From the human T2T-CHM13v2.0 reference genome, Homo sapiens, in assembly GCF_009914755.1 (NCBI RefSeq), contig NC_060936.1: 64,000 bases of DNA; one strand, written 5' to 3'. Position numbers and translations under genes: made by a program. Position 1 is the first letter of the stretch; the number at the start of each line of letters is the position of its first letter. Below the pieces are notes generated by a model, which saw nothing but the letters and a program-made list of their open reading frames with translations, had not been told where the DNA came from and made no database searches. Below are positions 30,263 through 48,268 of this stretch, one piece after another.

Positions 30263-33200
30263 CTCTTTTCCACTTTTTAGCAACCGTTTATTGAATACTG
30301 TATGAAGCAAGATGCTGCAAAGTACTGTGAGTCCTCTTCAAAGGAGCTCAACCATCATCATAGGTTCAACTTATCAGGTTTGGTCTTGGAAGGCCTAAGG
30401 CCTATACGTAATATCACCCAACACATGGGTTCATCCTGCCACAAATCTCAGGCCTCAGGAGTCCGCAGATATTTAGAGTTACCTCGTCAAACATTCACAT
30501 GTATCACAAGATAATGTTGGACAAGTCAATTCCCTCTACAGCGAGGATTTCAGAGCATTCCCTTGATCCCACATGCCAAGGATTGGGATGAACCTCCCGG
30601 GGTCTGAAAGATGCTAGCCCAGCAAATTTTTCTGCATACAGAAAAATTCAAGGAGCTGTCATTTTGAGAATTACCAAAAATAGCTGTAAATCATTACCTA
30701 GACAATTTGAAACAAGAAATCCTTCCTCAGCAATACAACTGTTGCTGTTCAAGCTTGAAAGATCATCCACTATTTGATGCTCGTGAAAAATGTGCAAGTA
30801 AAACTAGGTCTTCATTGAAAAAAAAAAAAAACAGAAAAAGGAAACTTTAGTAATAGGTTAAACATAGCTCTTGTTTGGTATACAAACATGAACTAGATAA
30901 GGAGCAGGAAAATGGGATTATGTATTTAAGGTTGAGTTGAAGAAAAGCGGTGTCTAGTTATCTAATTAAAAAATGAGTAATTTACCTTAACAGCAAAACT
31001 ACAACTTCTAATGACCCAAGAGGTGAATAGAATTTTGGATATTCTATGATTTCCATAAACTTCCCTGTTATGCTAAGAATACTCTTCTCTGCCAATGTCA
31101 AAAGTTTTCACACTCGTATTTAATTGAGTTTATTTGCTACTAATATTAACGCACTTGCCAGTCATTTTTAGCACATTTATCTTACAGGAAGGGACTCATA
31201 CACACATTGAACCAGTCAGTCAAGGAATTACTGGAACAGCATGCTCGTTAAGAGCTGTTTACTTTGGTGATAATATCATATATTAAAGCCAAATAGGCAT
31301 GGAAGATAAAATATTATTTCCTCATATTTGAGGCAAGAGACATAAGAATTTAGGTCAGGGGGAGGTGAAATAGGGAAATTATTATCTTTTAGATTCATAA
31401 CTGGAAGATACACGGGACTTGCCTAGAAAAGCTGCTTTTTCATTGTCCTTCCTTTTGGGGCAGAACGCTTTCAGTAGTCAGCAATCATGTGGTTGAGTTT
31501 GAAACTGACCAGCCAGGAGGTTGTGGGAAGCTGTTCATTGACAGCATCAAGCATATGGGATGGATGCTTACCAAGATTGTTGTAGAATATTTAAACATGG
31601 AAGATTGGCTTAAACAACTTTTAGGTTCCTTCTAGTCTTAAGGTTCTATGATTTCAAGGCCTGTTTCTCTGTATTGTAAATACTATTTTGTTGCAGAAAC
31701 TACCCAAAATCCTTTTTGAGCCCCCAGATTAGGCTTAAATGACATATAGCTGGATCCTGTTGCCACTTACCAATGCAGAACATTCCTGGATCATCTGAAA
31801 ATCAAACGAGGAAGAGCTAAGAGAGTATTTCCTCTTTCCTGCAGCAACTACCCAATGTGACACAAATGGAAAAGTAAATAAATATTAATAGTCTCTGAAG
31901 ACAGACTTTCATTCATCTATATTTACTATACTTAAATGAAAATAAATACGATCCTTTTTTATTTCTCTCCTTCAGCTTTCTTCTCTCTCTACTGCATGTT
32001 TCCCATTGCTTGTGACTATGGTACTCTTGGACTAAATGTTATTCTAGTTCCTCCTCCCAAATAAAGATGTACTTTATCTCCAGTGATGTACCACAGACGT
32101 TGACCATAATGGAATTACAAAAGCAGAAAATCCACCTGGTTAATGCTTTGAAGGACTTACATTAACTAAATTATTCTAGGAATGTCTGATAAAATTTGCT
32201 TCCCAATTGCTTTCCAAGAAAGAAAGGAACAACTATTGTTTGAGTCTCTTGTTGATCATGTCCTACTAAAAATTATAATGAAAGTTAATGAAAAAAAGAT
32301 TTGTTTTAGAGCAAAGTACACAGAAATCTTTGAATTTCATCAGTTGAATAATTTCCTTGTGCTACTGTGTCATTATTATTTATATACATGATTTCAATTT
32401 GTTACCATGCAAATTTTAATTCCAATTGAAAATGAATATTCTCTTAGACCATCATGGGAACTTTAAAAAAATGTTTGTGAAAAGAGGATACAAACAGTGC
32501 TTATTCTATGGACCATAGAAAAATGCCCCCTTAACGACAGCTGCAGCAATTCATGGACCTCTATAGCTATGACACATAATTTAGAGAGTGAAACAATGCT
32601 ATACAGCAATTGAAGACCAAATGTGAAGGCAAAAACTGATTAATTTCTAAAGAGATAGTATGCCCCTTTTAGAGAAAAGGATTAAACTTCTAAAATAATG
32701 AACTTGTTATTCATGAAAAGAAATAAATTCTAATAATGGGCTAGCCTGTTAGAACCTGCTGCTCTTATTCAGGACAAAAACATGCACAACAAATGCTACA
32801 ACACAACCTTTGAATAGAAAGCATTGTGATAAAAACATGTTTTTTCATTAACGAATAAAATATGCCCTTTCCCATTAAAGGTTTGCATGTTTTAATTTAA
32901 CAGAAGAAGTAGAAGTTCTATGGTGAATATCAAGCATAATAATTGAGTTTGGTGAAAAGGAGGCCTGAAACCTACTGTCAGAATGGGGCAAAATAGGTTG
33001 AAGGCTGAGTGTTTCAAACTCTTGCCCAATAATATAAGTAGTAAAAATGCAAGTAGAAATGAAAAGCTTTACTGCTTATTCTTTGTCTATACTTGAACAC
33101 TTGAGGAAACCCACTCATAAAAAAGCATGGGCAATAAAATAAAGATAGGCATAGTGTAAAAACAATTATAATTAAAGAATAAAAATTAACCAGTACTTAA

Positions 33201-35494
33201 GGCTTCATTTCCCCCAGCTAAGCTGTAACCTGAAATTCTTTCTGTATAAATTCATTCCTTTAGCTCTAGAATGATGTTTTAGGTTCAAGACCTCCTTACA
33301 AAAATGCACTTACCCTCAGGAGGGGCAAATCCTTATATTATTAGCAAAAACATGTCAGCAGAGATTATAATCATGTTTTCAATCCTAGAACTGGGACTTC
33401 CCGGAGGAGGGAAAGGGAATGTCTTAAGGGGAGAGAGGAGCCAAAAACAAACTGTGCCTACTTCACTAATTTGCCAAGACCTTGCTCTGATGGACAGACC
33501 TGAAAAAACCATGAATGGAGCCAATGCAAATTCCCTAAGAAAACGGCATTTAGTGTACAGCATGGGAATCATACATTATCCGCCTCTCTCTACTAGATTG
33601 TAAGACCTTGCAGGGAACAAACAGTGGCTTAAATGTCTTTGAATCCCTGGTAACTGACATACAATGGGTTTCCAATAAACGTGTATTTTTTTTTCATTCA
33701 GGGAATATATATATTATGAAGCCTTGAGAACTCAAGTTACCGAGCTTAGTCTCATTTTTAAAACTGCCAAGAAGGCAGGGTGATAATTATGCATTTGAAG
33801 TGGGAACGAGATAATTTCACTTGTCACATTTAGCTTTGTCCAGATTGCTTCCTATAAGGGGTATACAGGTTTATACCTGGGCAAGGCATGTTGATAAATA
33901 TGTCCTCATGCGTAGTGGTCATCTCCTGGAGATCTATTGTAAGCTCAAGGAATGTGGGTCAGTTATGGACCTGATGATAAATAACAACAACAATAGTAAT
34001 AGTAACTAACACTGAGTAGCTCTTACTATATACCCAGGCACCATTCTAGGCATTGTATAAATATTAACTCAATTCCTTTACACGAAAACCCCATACAGTA
34101 GGTATAACTATTATTGCCCAGTTTCACAAAGGAGAAAACAAAGGCCCAAAGAGTTTAAGTAATCGGCCCAAGGCCACAAAGCCAATAAGTGGTAAAGCTA
34201 CCTGAACTCCAGCAGTCTCACTCTAGCATCCTCATCTTAACCCCTAAACTATGCCATTGTAAGACCCTTGGCAGAAGGATTTTGAGGGGTCCACTTTGGC
34301 CAAGTCTCTTCGGGATGACACTTTTATAAATAAAATTGGTGTGTCCTCCCAAAACTTGTCCTTTAAGTAAGAGCTGTCCAGGACAGAGTCGGGTTTGGAC
34401 TCATGGTGAGCCACTTCATGAGTGTTCTGTGCTTGAATGGATTATCGGTTCTATTCCTCTGGAAGAAGCCAAGCAGTTTTGAAGACAGGTGAATACAGAG
34501 AGACTGGCCCCAATTTCCCACACCTGGCATAAAGTTCAGGCAAGTAAGGGTAGAGAATACTTTTTGATCTTCACTGGTTCTATGTAAAACCTTTCTATCT
34601 GCGCACTGGAGATTCTGATGCCTTCTAGGGGAATTTCCAGGCCACTGCAAGCCTCAACAAGTCCTTACTAGGAACTCCTTTGAATACATTTACAAACAGA
34701 GATGACAGCAGGAATGTAAATAAACTCTAATTAAAGATTTGCTCTTTGTGGATAGCACCTCCTTTATGTTATTTACCATCCCTATTAGATACGATCTGGT
34801 AAGAATGGTAATAGGTAGTGTGATGACTTCTAGTCAGTTTAAATCTAGTTATGAAGAATAAGAAGTACACTGTGCATAACCGAATGATTTAGGTAAATTT
34901 TTAAATTGAGGTTGCTGGCTTATTTCCATTTTTTCATGTACAAAATTTTATATGCCCCAAAGCTTTGAATTATTTATCTAAGTCCAAGTTCATCTGTGCC
35001 ATGGCATATGCTACTTACCATAAGAAATCAGGAGTTGAAGAGTATTCAGAAGTGCAAGTGTGCATGTGCATGCACACGTGCGCGCACACACACACTCACA
35101 CACAAATTTCCAAATGCGACCCCATCTGTGTACATTGACTGGCCACATCTGTATACATCTATATATATACACGGTGGGCACTGATTCCGAGACTGCTTAA
35201 AGTTGTGATTCAGTAGATCTTTTTTTTTTTTTTTTTTGGTAGTATTACAGCTAGAACTAAGACCTAAAGTCAAGTTTTGTGGTTTATCTTTCTCTATACA
35301 GCATGGCCACTTTTGTAAAAATTAGATGATTAGCCAAAAATGAAATAAAGCAAAAACAAACCCCCAAACCCACCCATCTGCAGGAAGGAAGGCAGAAACT
35401 GCTCAAGGGCAGAGAAAAGCGCAGCTTGGCCTTTTCAAATAAATCACAAAACACGTTTGAGTTTAAAAATAGTGTTGATAACATAACCTCACTT

Positions 35495-36163
<669 letters not shown>

Positions 36164-36640
36164 TTAAAACTATATAATTGGCTCAAGAGTATTTTTTGCA
36201 AGTGAGCAGTACAGTTTAAATTTGGGCTGAGTAATTTTAGGTAGGAGTCTGTCTTACTCTTCAGAATAATGATTTCCTAGAACAAAACAAATCTCTCTTT
36301 TGTGAGGCCAGCGATAGACTATCTTTATTTATAACTGTGGACTTTAGGTTCAAATATAGCATCTTTTGGGAAACCTTACTACCAAAATTACCTTTCCTGC
36401 TGTCGGGGAAAAATAGTGAAAGACTCTGAAATCCACTCCCTGTGCCCACCACCAAGAGATTACCAAGTGTGTTACCGCAGCACACCCTCGCTAGGTTTTC
36501 TTGGCCTTTTATCATCATTCAGCTATTTTACAACTCTGTAAGTTGTAGGAAATGATTAATAATGCAAATAATTTCTGTCCATAGAAATGCAAATCAGTTG
36601 TGTCTGGTAGAATGCAATTGATCATTGCCCTTCATATTGA

Positions 36641-37030
<390 letters not shown>

Positions 37031-39244
37031 TAATGTCTTACTGGCCTGTCATTCATTAATGAGTTAAATACATCTTTGACTCATGTTCGTTTTATATATA
37101 TATGAGAGTCATGACCTTTCTTTTTACAAAGTTATTTTTTAACACTACCATTTCTTACCCTTCACATGTTACCTAGAGTTTTTTTTTTAAATCAAGAATA
37201 CTTGAGGATTTACTTCTAAAAATGGAATTTTAACATGTTTCGTATAGTGGGGTTGGAATGCCTCATATTTTCACAAGATTAATTCTACTAGCTTCCTCTT
37301 TTCAGTATCATCACGCACTTTATCTTCCCTCTGGGGACTGTAATAAATATTTCTGCCATAAAAATGCAAATAGCATTAGACTAAGAATTGTAATGCCCAG
37401 GAGGCTTAAGAAGATTACATTTAGATAAGATCATACTGTTACCAATTATGAGATTTTTTTCCATCATTACTCCACTCTATAGAACTGTTTCTTATTCTTT
37501 GTTTCCAATAGGTTTTAAAAATTATTTCTGACTACTGGCCTTTTAAAAATGATTTCTGTCCAACAGGGATATTTACTTGACTAGATCCTACAAGTGAACT
37601 GAGCTGGTGTATGGGCTTAACTTGGCTGCAGATTTGCATGTATGCAATGGCAATAAAGTAAGGCACTCTGATTTTAAGACATTTATTTCAATATATCTAA
37701 GACTTCATTGCATTAGAATATCAAATTGGCTCCTTTTCTCCTTTATAACAGCTATAGTTTGTTCAGCTGCAAATATAGAGCAAAAGATGATCAACAAGTA
37801 TTACAACAAAAATACTAGATTTTTGCTGTAATTCCTGTCTATAGACAGACTTTTCTATAATACTATATGGGAAACTATCTCAATACACAGCCAAGTAATT
37901 TGAAATTTCTTTCAAGCCAAATTGCTACTAGGTCACTATGCTCAGTTACTAAGACAGTAGCTACATAGTCATTCTACCTACTCCATCTTTGTTCTTCATT
38001 TGATCTCAGTCTTGTTTTCATAACTTTCCTTTGCACTTGTCTTTTTATACTTAAACTTTCCCAAGGTCAGAAAGCAAATCAATGACAGAATAGGGAACAG
38101 AACTCCCAAGAGATTCCTAAAATATTAGAAGTTCCATCTTAGAACAGTGATGTCATCAGGATTTTTTTTTTTTTTTTTGCTTCCCACAAACACCTAAAAT
38201 AACTTCTTATAATAGAATCTCTTGGAGGGAAAAGGGGATTACATCGATTTCAGTTTCTTAGTACCTATTTAATTTTAATAATTTTAGAAAGAGGCAGCAA
38301 AAATAGAATTAACAATATATAACTTCTAGTAAGCCATTTAAACTCTTAATACAACTATTAGGCAAGAACCTGGGAAACTGCGTGAAAGCAAAAAACGAGT
38401 AGAACTAATTTTGTAAGCAACTTATCTGTCAAGTAGTGTTTGAGAATGAAGGAAGGTGTTGTAGGGTTTTATTCACTGTCTTCTAGGATTTAGAAGTTGT
38501 TATAATTAGTTGGGGCCAGGTAAATTCTATTAGAAATGCTGTAAGGATTATTAAGTACTTTTCACCCGTTAAGATTCATTTGCTCAATGTGTTTGCATAG
38601 TTTCTGGTTGTTTTAAAGGAAAAAAATTTCTTGTCACAGGCTACTATGCATTCTCTTACAAAGATTTTTTTAAAGATCCAGTCTAGTTCACGTTTCCTGC
38701 TGTTTCCCTTCTTTCTTGACAGCACTGTCTGATTGTCACTCAGTATTCTATACAGGGCACAGGGTATTACAAAAGTTGACATGTTTAAGATAAATGAGCC
38801 CCTGATTGTAGTACAAGAAGTCAGTTACTAGGGCATGTTGTCTTCCATTGTTTTTTGTTGTTAATTCATTCAGATGCTTCTTTTCATATCGGGAAATTGT
38901 TTGTTTCTAGGTGAATCTTGTAAAACACAGTCTTCATTATTGAGTATGCACATATGAAAAATGAAGGTGGAATACTGGTTTATTAAAAAGTTACGCTTGT
39001 TTAGAAACTCTATCAGAATACAGAGCCATTCAGAAATCTGTGACTATCTGTGTATGGCCAGAAACAACAGCCACAGCTATTGAAAGAATTGGTTTTCTTC
39101 AATACTCATCCATCCAAAAGCTATTGCTTTTGAAATCAGTCAGTTTAATGACTGGTCTTGAAAAGAAATATATTTATTCTGTAAAATTCCTGTATAACCC
39201 ACCATGTTTGTTTTTCTGTTTTTGTTTGGGTTTTTTTTTTAAGC

Positions 39245-41650
39245 TATTGATTTTTTTCTAACTGAGATAACATTCACGTAACATAAAATTCACTATTTTT
39301 AACCATTCTAGTGTACATTTCAGTGGTTTCAGTATATTCAAAATGTTGTACAGTCATTACCACCATCTAATTCCACAGCATTTTCACCACTCCAAAAAGA
39401 AATCTCATGCTCACTAGGCAGTCACTTCTCATTCCCCCTTAATTGCTGGTACCTGCCAATCACCAACCTATTTTATCTTTATGGATTTGTCTATTCTGGG
39501 GATTTCACATAAAAGGAATAATACAATATGTGGGCTTTTGTGTCTAGGTTTCACTTAGCACAGCATTTTCAAGGTTTATCCAAATTATAACGTGTATCAG
39601 TATTTCATTCTTTTTTATGGCTGGATAATAGTCCATTGTATAGACATACCATAGTTTATCCATTCATCAAGTGATGGACATTTGAGTTGTCTCCACTTTT
39701 TGGCTACTATGAATAATGCTTCTATGAACATTCATGTACAAGATTTTGTGTAGACATGTTTTCAATTCACTTGTGTATATACTGAGGGGTAGAATTGCTG
39801 GGTCATATGGCAACTCCATATTAAAATTTTTGACAGGGTTGGGCATGGTGGTTCACGCCTGTAATCCCAGCACTTTGGGAGGCCAAGATGGGTGGATCAC
39901 CTGAGGTCAGGAGTTCGACCTTCAGGAGTTCAGCCTTCAACATGGTGAAACCCCGTCTCTACTAAAAATACAAAAATTAGCCGGGCATGGTGGTAGGTGC
40001 CTATAATCCCAGCTACTCAGAAGGCTGAGGCAGGAGAATGGCGTGAACCTGGGAGGCGGGGCTTGCAGTGAGTGGAGATTGCGCCACTGCACTCCAGCCT
40101 GGAAGACAGAGCAAGACTCTGTCTCAAAAAAAAAAAATTTTTTTGGGGAAAATGCCAGACTGTTTTCCACAGCAGCAGTAGCATTTTACATTTCTACCAG
40201 CAATGTATGAAGGTTCCAACTTTTCCATATCATCCCCAAGACTTGTTATTGTTTGTCTTTCTGATCATAGCCATGGATGTAAAGTGGTATCACAATATCG
40301 TTTTGATTTGCATCTCCCTAATGACTAATGATGTTGAATGTCTTTTTATGTGCTTATTGGCCATTTGCATACCTTCTTTGGGTGGCTCAAGACCAGTCAT
40401 TCAAATCTTTTACTGATTATTAAACTGGGTTATTTTTTGTTTTGTTGTTGAGTTGTAAGAGTTCTTTATACATTCTGGATACCAGAACTTTTTCAAATAT
40501 ATGATTTGAAAGTATTTACTCCCATTCTGTGCATTGTCTTTTCAGTTTCTTGATAGCATCCTTTGATGCACAAAAGTTTTTCATTTTGATGATGTCCAAT
40601 TTATTTGTTTTATTTGTTGCTTGTGCTTTTGGTGTCATATCTAAGAAACCATTGCTTAATCCAAAGTCATGAAGATCTACACCTATGTTTCTTTATAAGA
40701 GTTTTATAATTTTAGCTCTATATTTAGGTTTTTGATCCATTTTGGTTAATTTTTGTTAATTTTGGCCACAAATGTATAAGTTTATTTCTGAACTCTCTCT
40801 CCCATTGATTTATATGCCTATCCTTTGGCCAGTACCACACTGTTTTAATTACTATAGATTTGAGGTAAGCTTTGAAATTGGAAAGTGTGAGTTCTCCAAC
40901 TTTGCTGTTCTTCAAGGTTGTTTTGGCTATTTGAGGTCCTTTGCTTTCCCACCTGAATTTTAGGTTCAGCTGGTCCATTTCTGCAAAAAGGGCAGCTAGA
41001 ATTTTGATAGATATCACAGTGAATCTATAGGTCAGTTTGGAGAGTATTGTCATTTTAATAATATTAAGCCTTCTAATTAATGCATGAAGTCAAAATGTCT
41101 TTCCCTTTACTTAGGTATTCTTTAATTTTTTTTTAACAATGTTTCAGGGTTTTCAGTGTATATGCCCTGCATTTGGTTAAGTTTATTTCTCTCTATTTTA
41201 TTCTTTTTTGATGCTACTGTAAATGAGATTTTCTTAATTTCATTTTTGGATTGTTCATTGCCAGTGTATAAAAATATAATTGATTTTTGAAATGTTGATC
41301 TTGTATCTTACAACTTGTTTATCAGCTGTAATAGTTTTTTGGTGAATTCTTAAGAGTTTTCTATAATCTAAGATTATATCATTTGTGAATAAATATAGGC
41401 TTACTTCTTCCTTTCTAATCTGAATGCTCTTTACTTATTTTTCTAGCCTAATTGCCCTGGCTAGAACTTCCAGCACCATATTGAATAGAAGGGGTGAGAG
41501 CAGACATCCTTGTCTGATTCCTGATCATGGGAGGAAGTATTTGGTTTTTCACCATTAAGTATGATGTTAACAGGGGACTTTTCATGGATGACCTTTATTA
41601 CATTGAGAAGTTCCTTTCTAACCTTTATTACATTGAGGAAGCTCCTTTTT
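39245..41650 (-). mobile_element. 5'-truncated old L1 (L1M-type), interrupted by an Alu
   Basis: L1 3'UTR-like sequence plus an ORF2 C-terminal remnant (40724-41053: YRFTVISIKI...KSIVIKTVWYWPKDRHINQW). Confidence 0.88.
39836..40137 (+). mobile_element. Alu inserted in L1
   Basis: Alu consensus interrupting the L1 3' region. Confidence 0.9.
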
Positions 41651-41879
41651 ATTCCTGGTGTGTTAAGTTGAATTGAATTAAGTTATAAGTTTGAACTAAA
41701 AGACAAATAGGCTACAGGATTTTTTGCCTCTGTTCAGCCTATGGAAATACTATGATCCTGTGTTCTCTTTAATTTTAATGGCTACTAGGTTCTTATCTGG
41801 GAAACAATAAAATCACTGCCTTTCAGAAATTCTGAGAGCTCACTGAGCCAGCTAAGTTACATGCCTGATAGTGTTGCCC

Positions 41880-42288
41880 TGATATGGTTTGGATCTGTGT
41901 CCCCATCCAAATCTCATGTCAAACTGTAATCCCCAATGTTGGAGGTGGGGCCTGGTGGGAGGCGATTGGATCATGGGGGCTGTTTCTCAGGAATGGTTTA
42001 GCACCATTCCCCTTGGCACTGCCCTCAGGATAGTGAGTTCTCAAGTGATCTGGTTGTTTAAAAGTGTGTGGAACCTCCCCTACCCTTGCTGCTGCTCCTG
42101 CCATGTCAGGGGTCTTGCTCCTGCTTTGTCTTCCGCCATGATTGGAAGCTTCCTGAGGCCTCCCCAGAAGCAGATGCTGCCATGCTTCCTGTACAGCCTG
42201 CAGAACCATGAGCCAATTAAACCTCCTTTCTTATAAGTTACCCAGTCTCAGGTATTTCTTTACAGCAGTGCAAGAACAGACTAATACA
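41880..42288 (+). mobile_element. MaLR solo LTR (MSTA/MSTB type)
   Basis: tgatatggtttggatctgtgtcccc...gaacagactaataca with a 5-bp TSD tgccc (41875-41879, 42289-42293). Confidence 0.9.
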
Positions 42289-42770
42289 TGCCCTTAGAGA
42301 TGCAAAATTAAAAGGCAAGACACTTGATTCATGTTTACTTGTATGAATTGCATAATGTTTATATTATATATAAAATATTTAATAGTATAACAAATATAAT
42401 AATTTTTTCCATTATAATATGTGAGCTATCTTAAAGCTAAAATATATTTTGTCTTGGTTTTTGAAACCATAATCTTCTCTATTTTTGTTCTACCTAAAGA
42501 CTAGGAAAAGAGCTAAAAAGATGCCAAATTAGAATCCCATATTACAAAAAAATCTTTTATGAGTTAACAAATATTATAGCCCTTTTATATCCCTATATGT
42601 GTACTAATTTACTATTTTATTCCATTAAAATATTTACATTGCTAAGATGTAATGCAATCGTAGTCCCAATTATATTATTAAGGTTTTGAATGTCAACATC
42701 AACAGATCTTGTTTTCCTTACTATTTGAAATGGCTGTGGGTTTTTTTCCATCTTCTGGAATTATTATAAA

Positions 42771-42787
42771 GAGAGAGAGAGAGAGAG

Positions 42788-42828
<41 letters not shown>
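42771..42828. repeat. Compound (GA)10(GT)19 microsatellite
   Basis: Seen directly. Confidence 0.95.
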
Positions 42829-42830
<2 letters not shown>

Positions 42831-44282
42831 TTTAACCTTACGTGTCTTGTCACTAAAAATTTCCCTTGCAAGGGAGAATAAGGACTTAAATCACAGTTTA
42901 TCTTCTACTGAATATAACTGTTTCAGGACAAATTGAAGTATGCTTCCAGCTATTACAAAATTGGCAAGACACAAATGAAATACCATGGAGACACGATTTG
43001 TGCACCAGAAGTCAGATATCTATCAGTAACCTCAGCTTTTCTCTTTCCATATAGCTTCCTTCTCCCCATGAACCCATTATATTAGCAGTGAAATTGGAAG
43101 GCCAGGTCTTCCAGACACAGAGATCTGACTCCAGGTTCCCAGCTATTCACAGATGGACCCAAAAATGTTATACTGAAAAGGAAGTATTCATGAGAAAATT
43201 TGCAAAGTGAGATATGCCTTGAATATTTGGGGAGTACTTTATACTAAGAAAAAAGTCAAATATGAGTTATTCCTTCCCAAATTTATAGAACAAGTATTTC
43301 AAACCTGTTAGATTCATTTTTGCACTTTTACAATGCCCCAATTTTGACCTAAATATATATGTTTTCTGGAAAAACATTCACTTTCTGGAAAGCATGTTCA
43401 TGAAAAGTTAAATGAACAAATATTATATTTTGGAGACTCAACCTTACTTTCCCATTGGCTTCTATTTCACTTTTAGAGATGTCAGCTCTGATACCAACAT
43501 TTTACCTCTCAGGTATTTTTATCCTTTCACCTCTCTGTGAAATAAAGGCCTATAAATAAATATCTAATTGTTCTGGGGAAACTCTTGAAAGGAACCCCAC
43601 AGGAAATCCTTCCATGGGTGCCAAGATTATTTTAGAATGCCTCTGGTCCCAAAGTCTTCTTGTTTCCTAATCATCAGAAACAGTAATCCTGGGCAATTTT
43701 TTCCATTAAAAGAAAGTATATCTTACTGTGTGGAGAGAAAACACAGTCAAAACACTAACAATTTCCAGCCATGAACGTGAATTTGGCTTGCCCTTCTATT
43801 AGGAAATATGAGGTAGTAAATAAAGTAAAATCAACATTCTGTACACCTTCTATAGCACCTGTGGTTACTCAGTGCTAAGGGACTACCAGCAGAACTATGC
43901 CATGCTAACACAGGAGCACTGAAATAAGGATTGAGGATAGGCTCACACTAATTGTATCAAATTGGCAAGCTTTACATTTTGTTAATATTAGGAATATGTT
44001 GCACTCCTTTGGTGACAGGATTACCTATTCCTCCAGATCCTAATGTGACAAATTAAATGATAGAGGTTGCTGGTGCTTTTCATCAGCAGCAAAAATGATT
44101 TAGGGCTAGAGAGGGAAGTAAAGGATGGTAGATCCAGAAATTCCTCTTCCTAATAAAACCATAGATATCCATACCCCTCCAAAGATAGTCACTTCTAAAT
44201 TATTTACTTTGTAGAATATCCAAAGTTTTTGCTTTTATTCTTTCTCTTTTTCTTCCCTTTGGAGCCATTTCACTAGTTGTTA

Positions 44283-44769
<487 letters not shown>

Positions 44770-45345
44770 TCACTTCCCTCCTTAGTTTAGATTCTGTGGT
44801 TATGATGATGATCAGTCCCTTGAACCCAGCCTCATCGCCCCTGCCCTCTCCAATCCTTTTTCCCCTCCCTCTCTTTTCTCTGTTCTTGGCACGATGTCAA
44901 CCCTGGTTAGATCCAAGTCTTTCACAGTGCAACACCAACAAAAAGAGAATGGGCTTTAGTGTCTGACAGGTGAATGTAATTGTGGCTCTACCCTTCGTTC
45001 GTTTTGGGGAAGTCAACATTTTCAAGTCTCGGTTTCGCATCTGTGAAAGAAAATAATGATACTCCATGTAGTTGTTATGGAGATTAAATTCAATAATACT
45101 TGTAGCATGACAGCACAAGACCTGGCACATAGTAGGCATTCAGTAAGGGGTAACTGTTGTCATCAGTATTTATAATCCATGATAGTTTTTTTCTGTGCTA
45201 AAACCGAAAACTAATTTACAGATGTACATTTCCAAACATACATGCATGTTTTACCATATGAAGTATTTTAAAATCCTGATTTTATAGTCTAATTTAATAA
45301 CTTTATTGTTTTTTAAATCTCCTGTTCGTTTCCTTAATACCTTAA

Positions 45346-45852
<507 letters not shown>

Positions 45853-46941
45853 TGAAGAGCTTTCTAATGATACTTTTGGCTTATTCATAGAACATGAATA
45901 AAATCTAAAATAAATTTTAAAAAGAAGATGAAAACTGTAGCTTTAAATCTGTCCTTAATTTATAAAACATGACATATGATATATGAAAACATAAATACAT
46001 GAATGAATGTATCCGGATTCCTTGGGAAACACTTTCATAATGAGACTATATGAATGATTCTAAAACCTGCCTTATACAGCTAGGTAGCTAAGGAACATTT
46101 TCCTCAAACCCCATTATATGGTTCCACAGATCTCAGCATTTACCCTCAGACTTAGACGCATCAGTCAAAATATTGACCATCTTTTAAAATAAGCTCCAAA
46201 TTACAGGAGAAAAATCTGCCTTAACAAGTGCAGCTCAGGGCATTTAAATATTTCTCACAGTATTCTAAGGCCTCCATGTTATCCAGTGGATGATAATTGA
46301 ATAAAATAATGAAACATTCCATATTCCCTCTTATTACCATTCAACACCCAACAGCTGTAAAATCACCAGCTGCTAGGAAAAAGAGAACTAAATTAGTCCT
46401 CTACAGCTGCAAAGAGAAAAAAGCTTAAGATCTCTTCACACAATTTCCGGGATTCCAGCAGGCTGGAGTCAAAGCACAGTTTTCCTTGCCACAAAACCCT
46501 CAGCCTTGTAAACATGTCAAACAGCACATAAGCTGTGATTTATTTTTGTCATTATTGGCAAAGAAGTGTATGAAGGAGAAGAGTAGAGGTAGCTGAGATA
46601 ATACAATAGAATCATGACAGCAATGTAAGTAGTGTCTACCATATCCCGGGCACAGAGCATCAGACTTTTAAATCCTTACCATAACTACAAAAGGTAGATA
46701 TTATCCTCATTTTATTAGAGAACTGAGGCTCAGTGAGACCAAGTAACTTAGTAAGTGCTGTGGTAAGTCAGATTTAGCTGTGTTTGGCTCCAATACCAGG
46801 GTCTTAATCATCACACAGTTCTGTCTTCCAGTAAAATAGACAGATGAAGGAAAACTGAACTGGTGAGACTAAGTGGAATGGATCTGGGGAGAAGGGGAAA
46901 CATGGGGGGAAGGTGATGCTGTTTTAAAAGACACAGGAGGG

Positions 46942-47289
<348 letters not shown>

Positions 47290-47450
47290 CTATTCTTTTC
47301 GATAGTTTAAGAAATAGGGTGCCATTTCCATTAACTTCCCTAATTTGCTATCATCAGCCATAAACAATTCTAGCCCATAAAATCAGGTTTCATTAATTAC
47401 TCATTTTAGCAACAATATTAGCCACAGACGAACTGGCATAGTCTGTAAAG

Positions 47451-47630
47451 CAATGGTTTTCAAACTTTAGCAAGCATTAGAACACCTGGAGGGGTTGTTA
47501 AACATAGATTCTTAGGCCTCATCTCTAGAATTTCTGATTCAGTAGGTCTGGGGTAAGGTTTGAGAATGTGTATTTCTCACGAGTTGCCAGATGAGGCTGA
47601 TGGTGCTGGTTCAGGGACCACATTCCACTG
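47451..47630. mobile_element. MER5A
   Basis: caatggttttcaaactttag...ttctgattcagtaggtctggggt. Confidence 0.7.
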
Positions 47631-47911
47631 CTGCAAATAAAAACTGTGCTAAAAATTTAGATTTGTGTGCACATACCTATGATAAGCTGACCTGCAAAAG
47701 AACAGCATTTCTTAAGAAGCTACCTTCCATTCTGCAGGCACAATCAGATTTCAGTTCTTCTACAGCCGTGTACATAAAATAAATGGCGTCTAGAGACACA
47801 CAAATGTGGGACAATTAATCTATGCCTATGTTCCTAATAAGGCAAAAGGCTATACTTTCAATGTGCAATATGCTCAGTGAAGCAATCATAGGAATTAAAA
47901 CATCACATTCA

Positions 47912-48268
<357 letters not shown>

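Noticed and set aside
40724-41053. 109-aa ORF
   Set aside because: Degenerate L1 ORF2 remnant.
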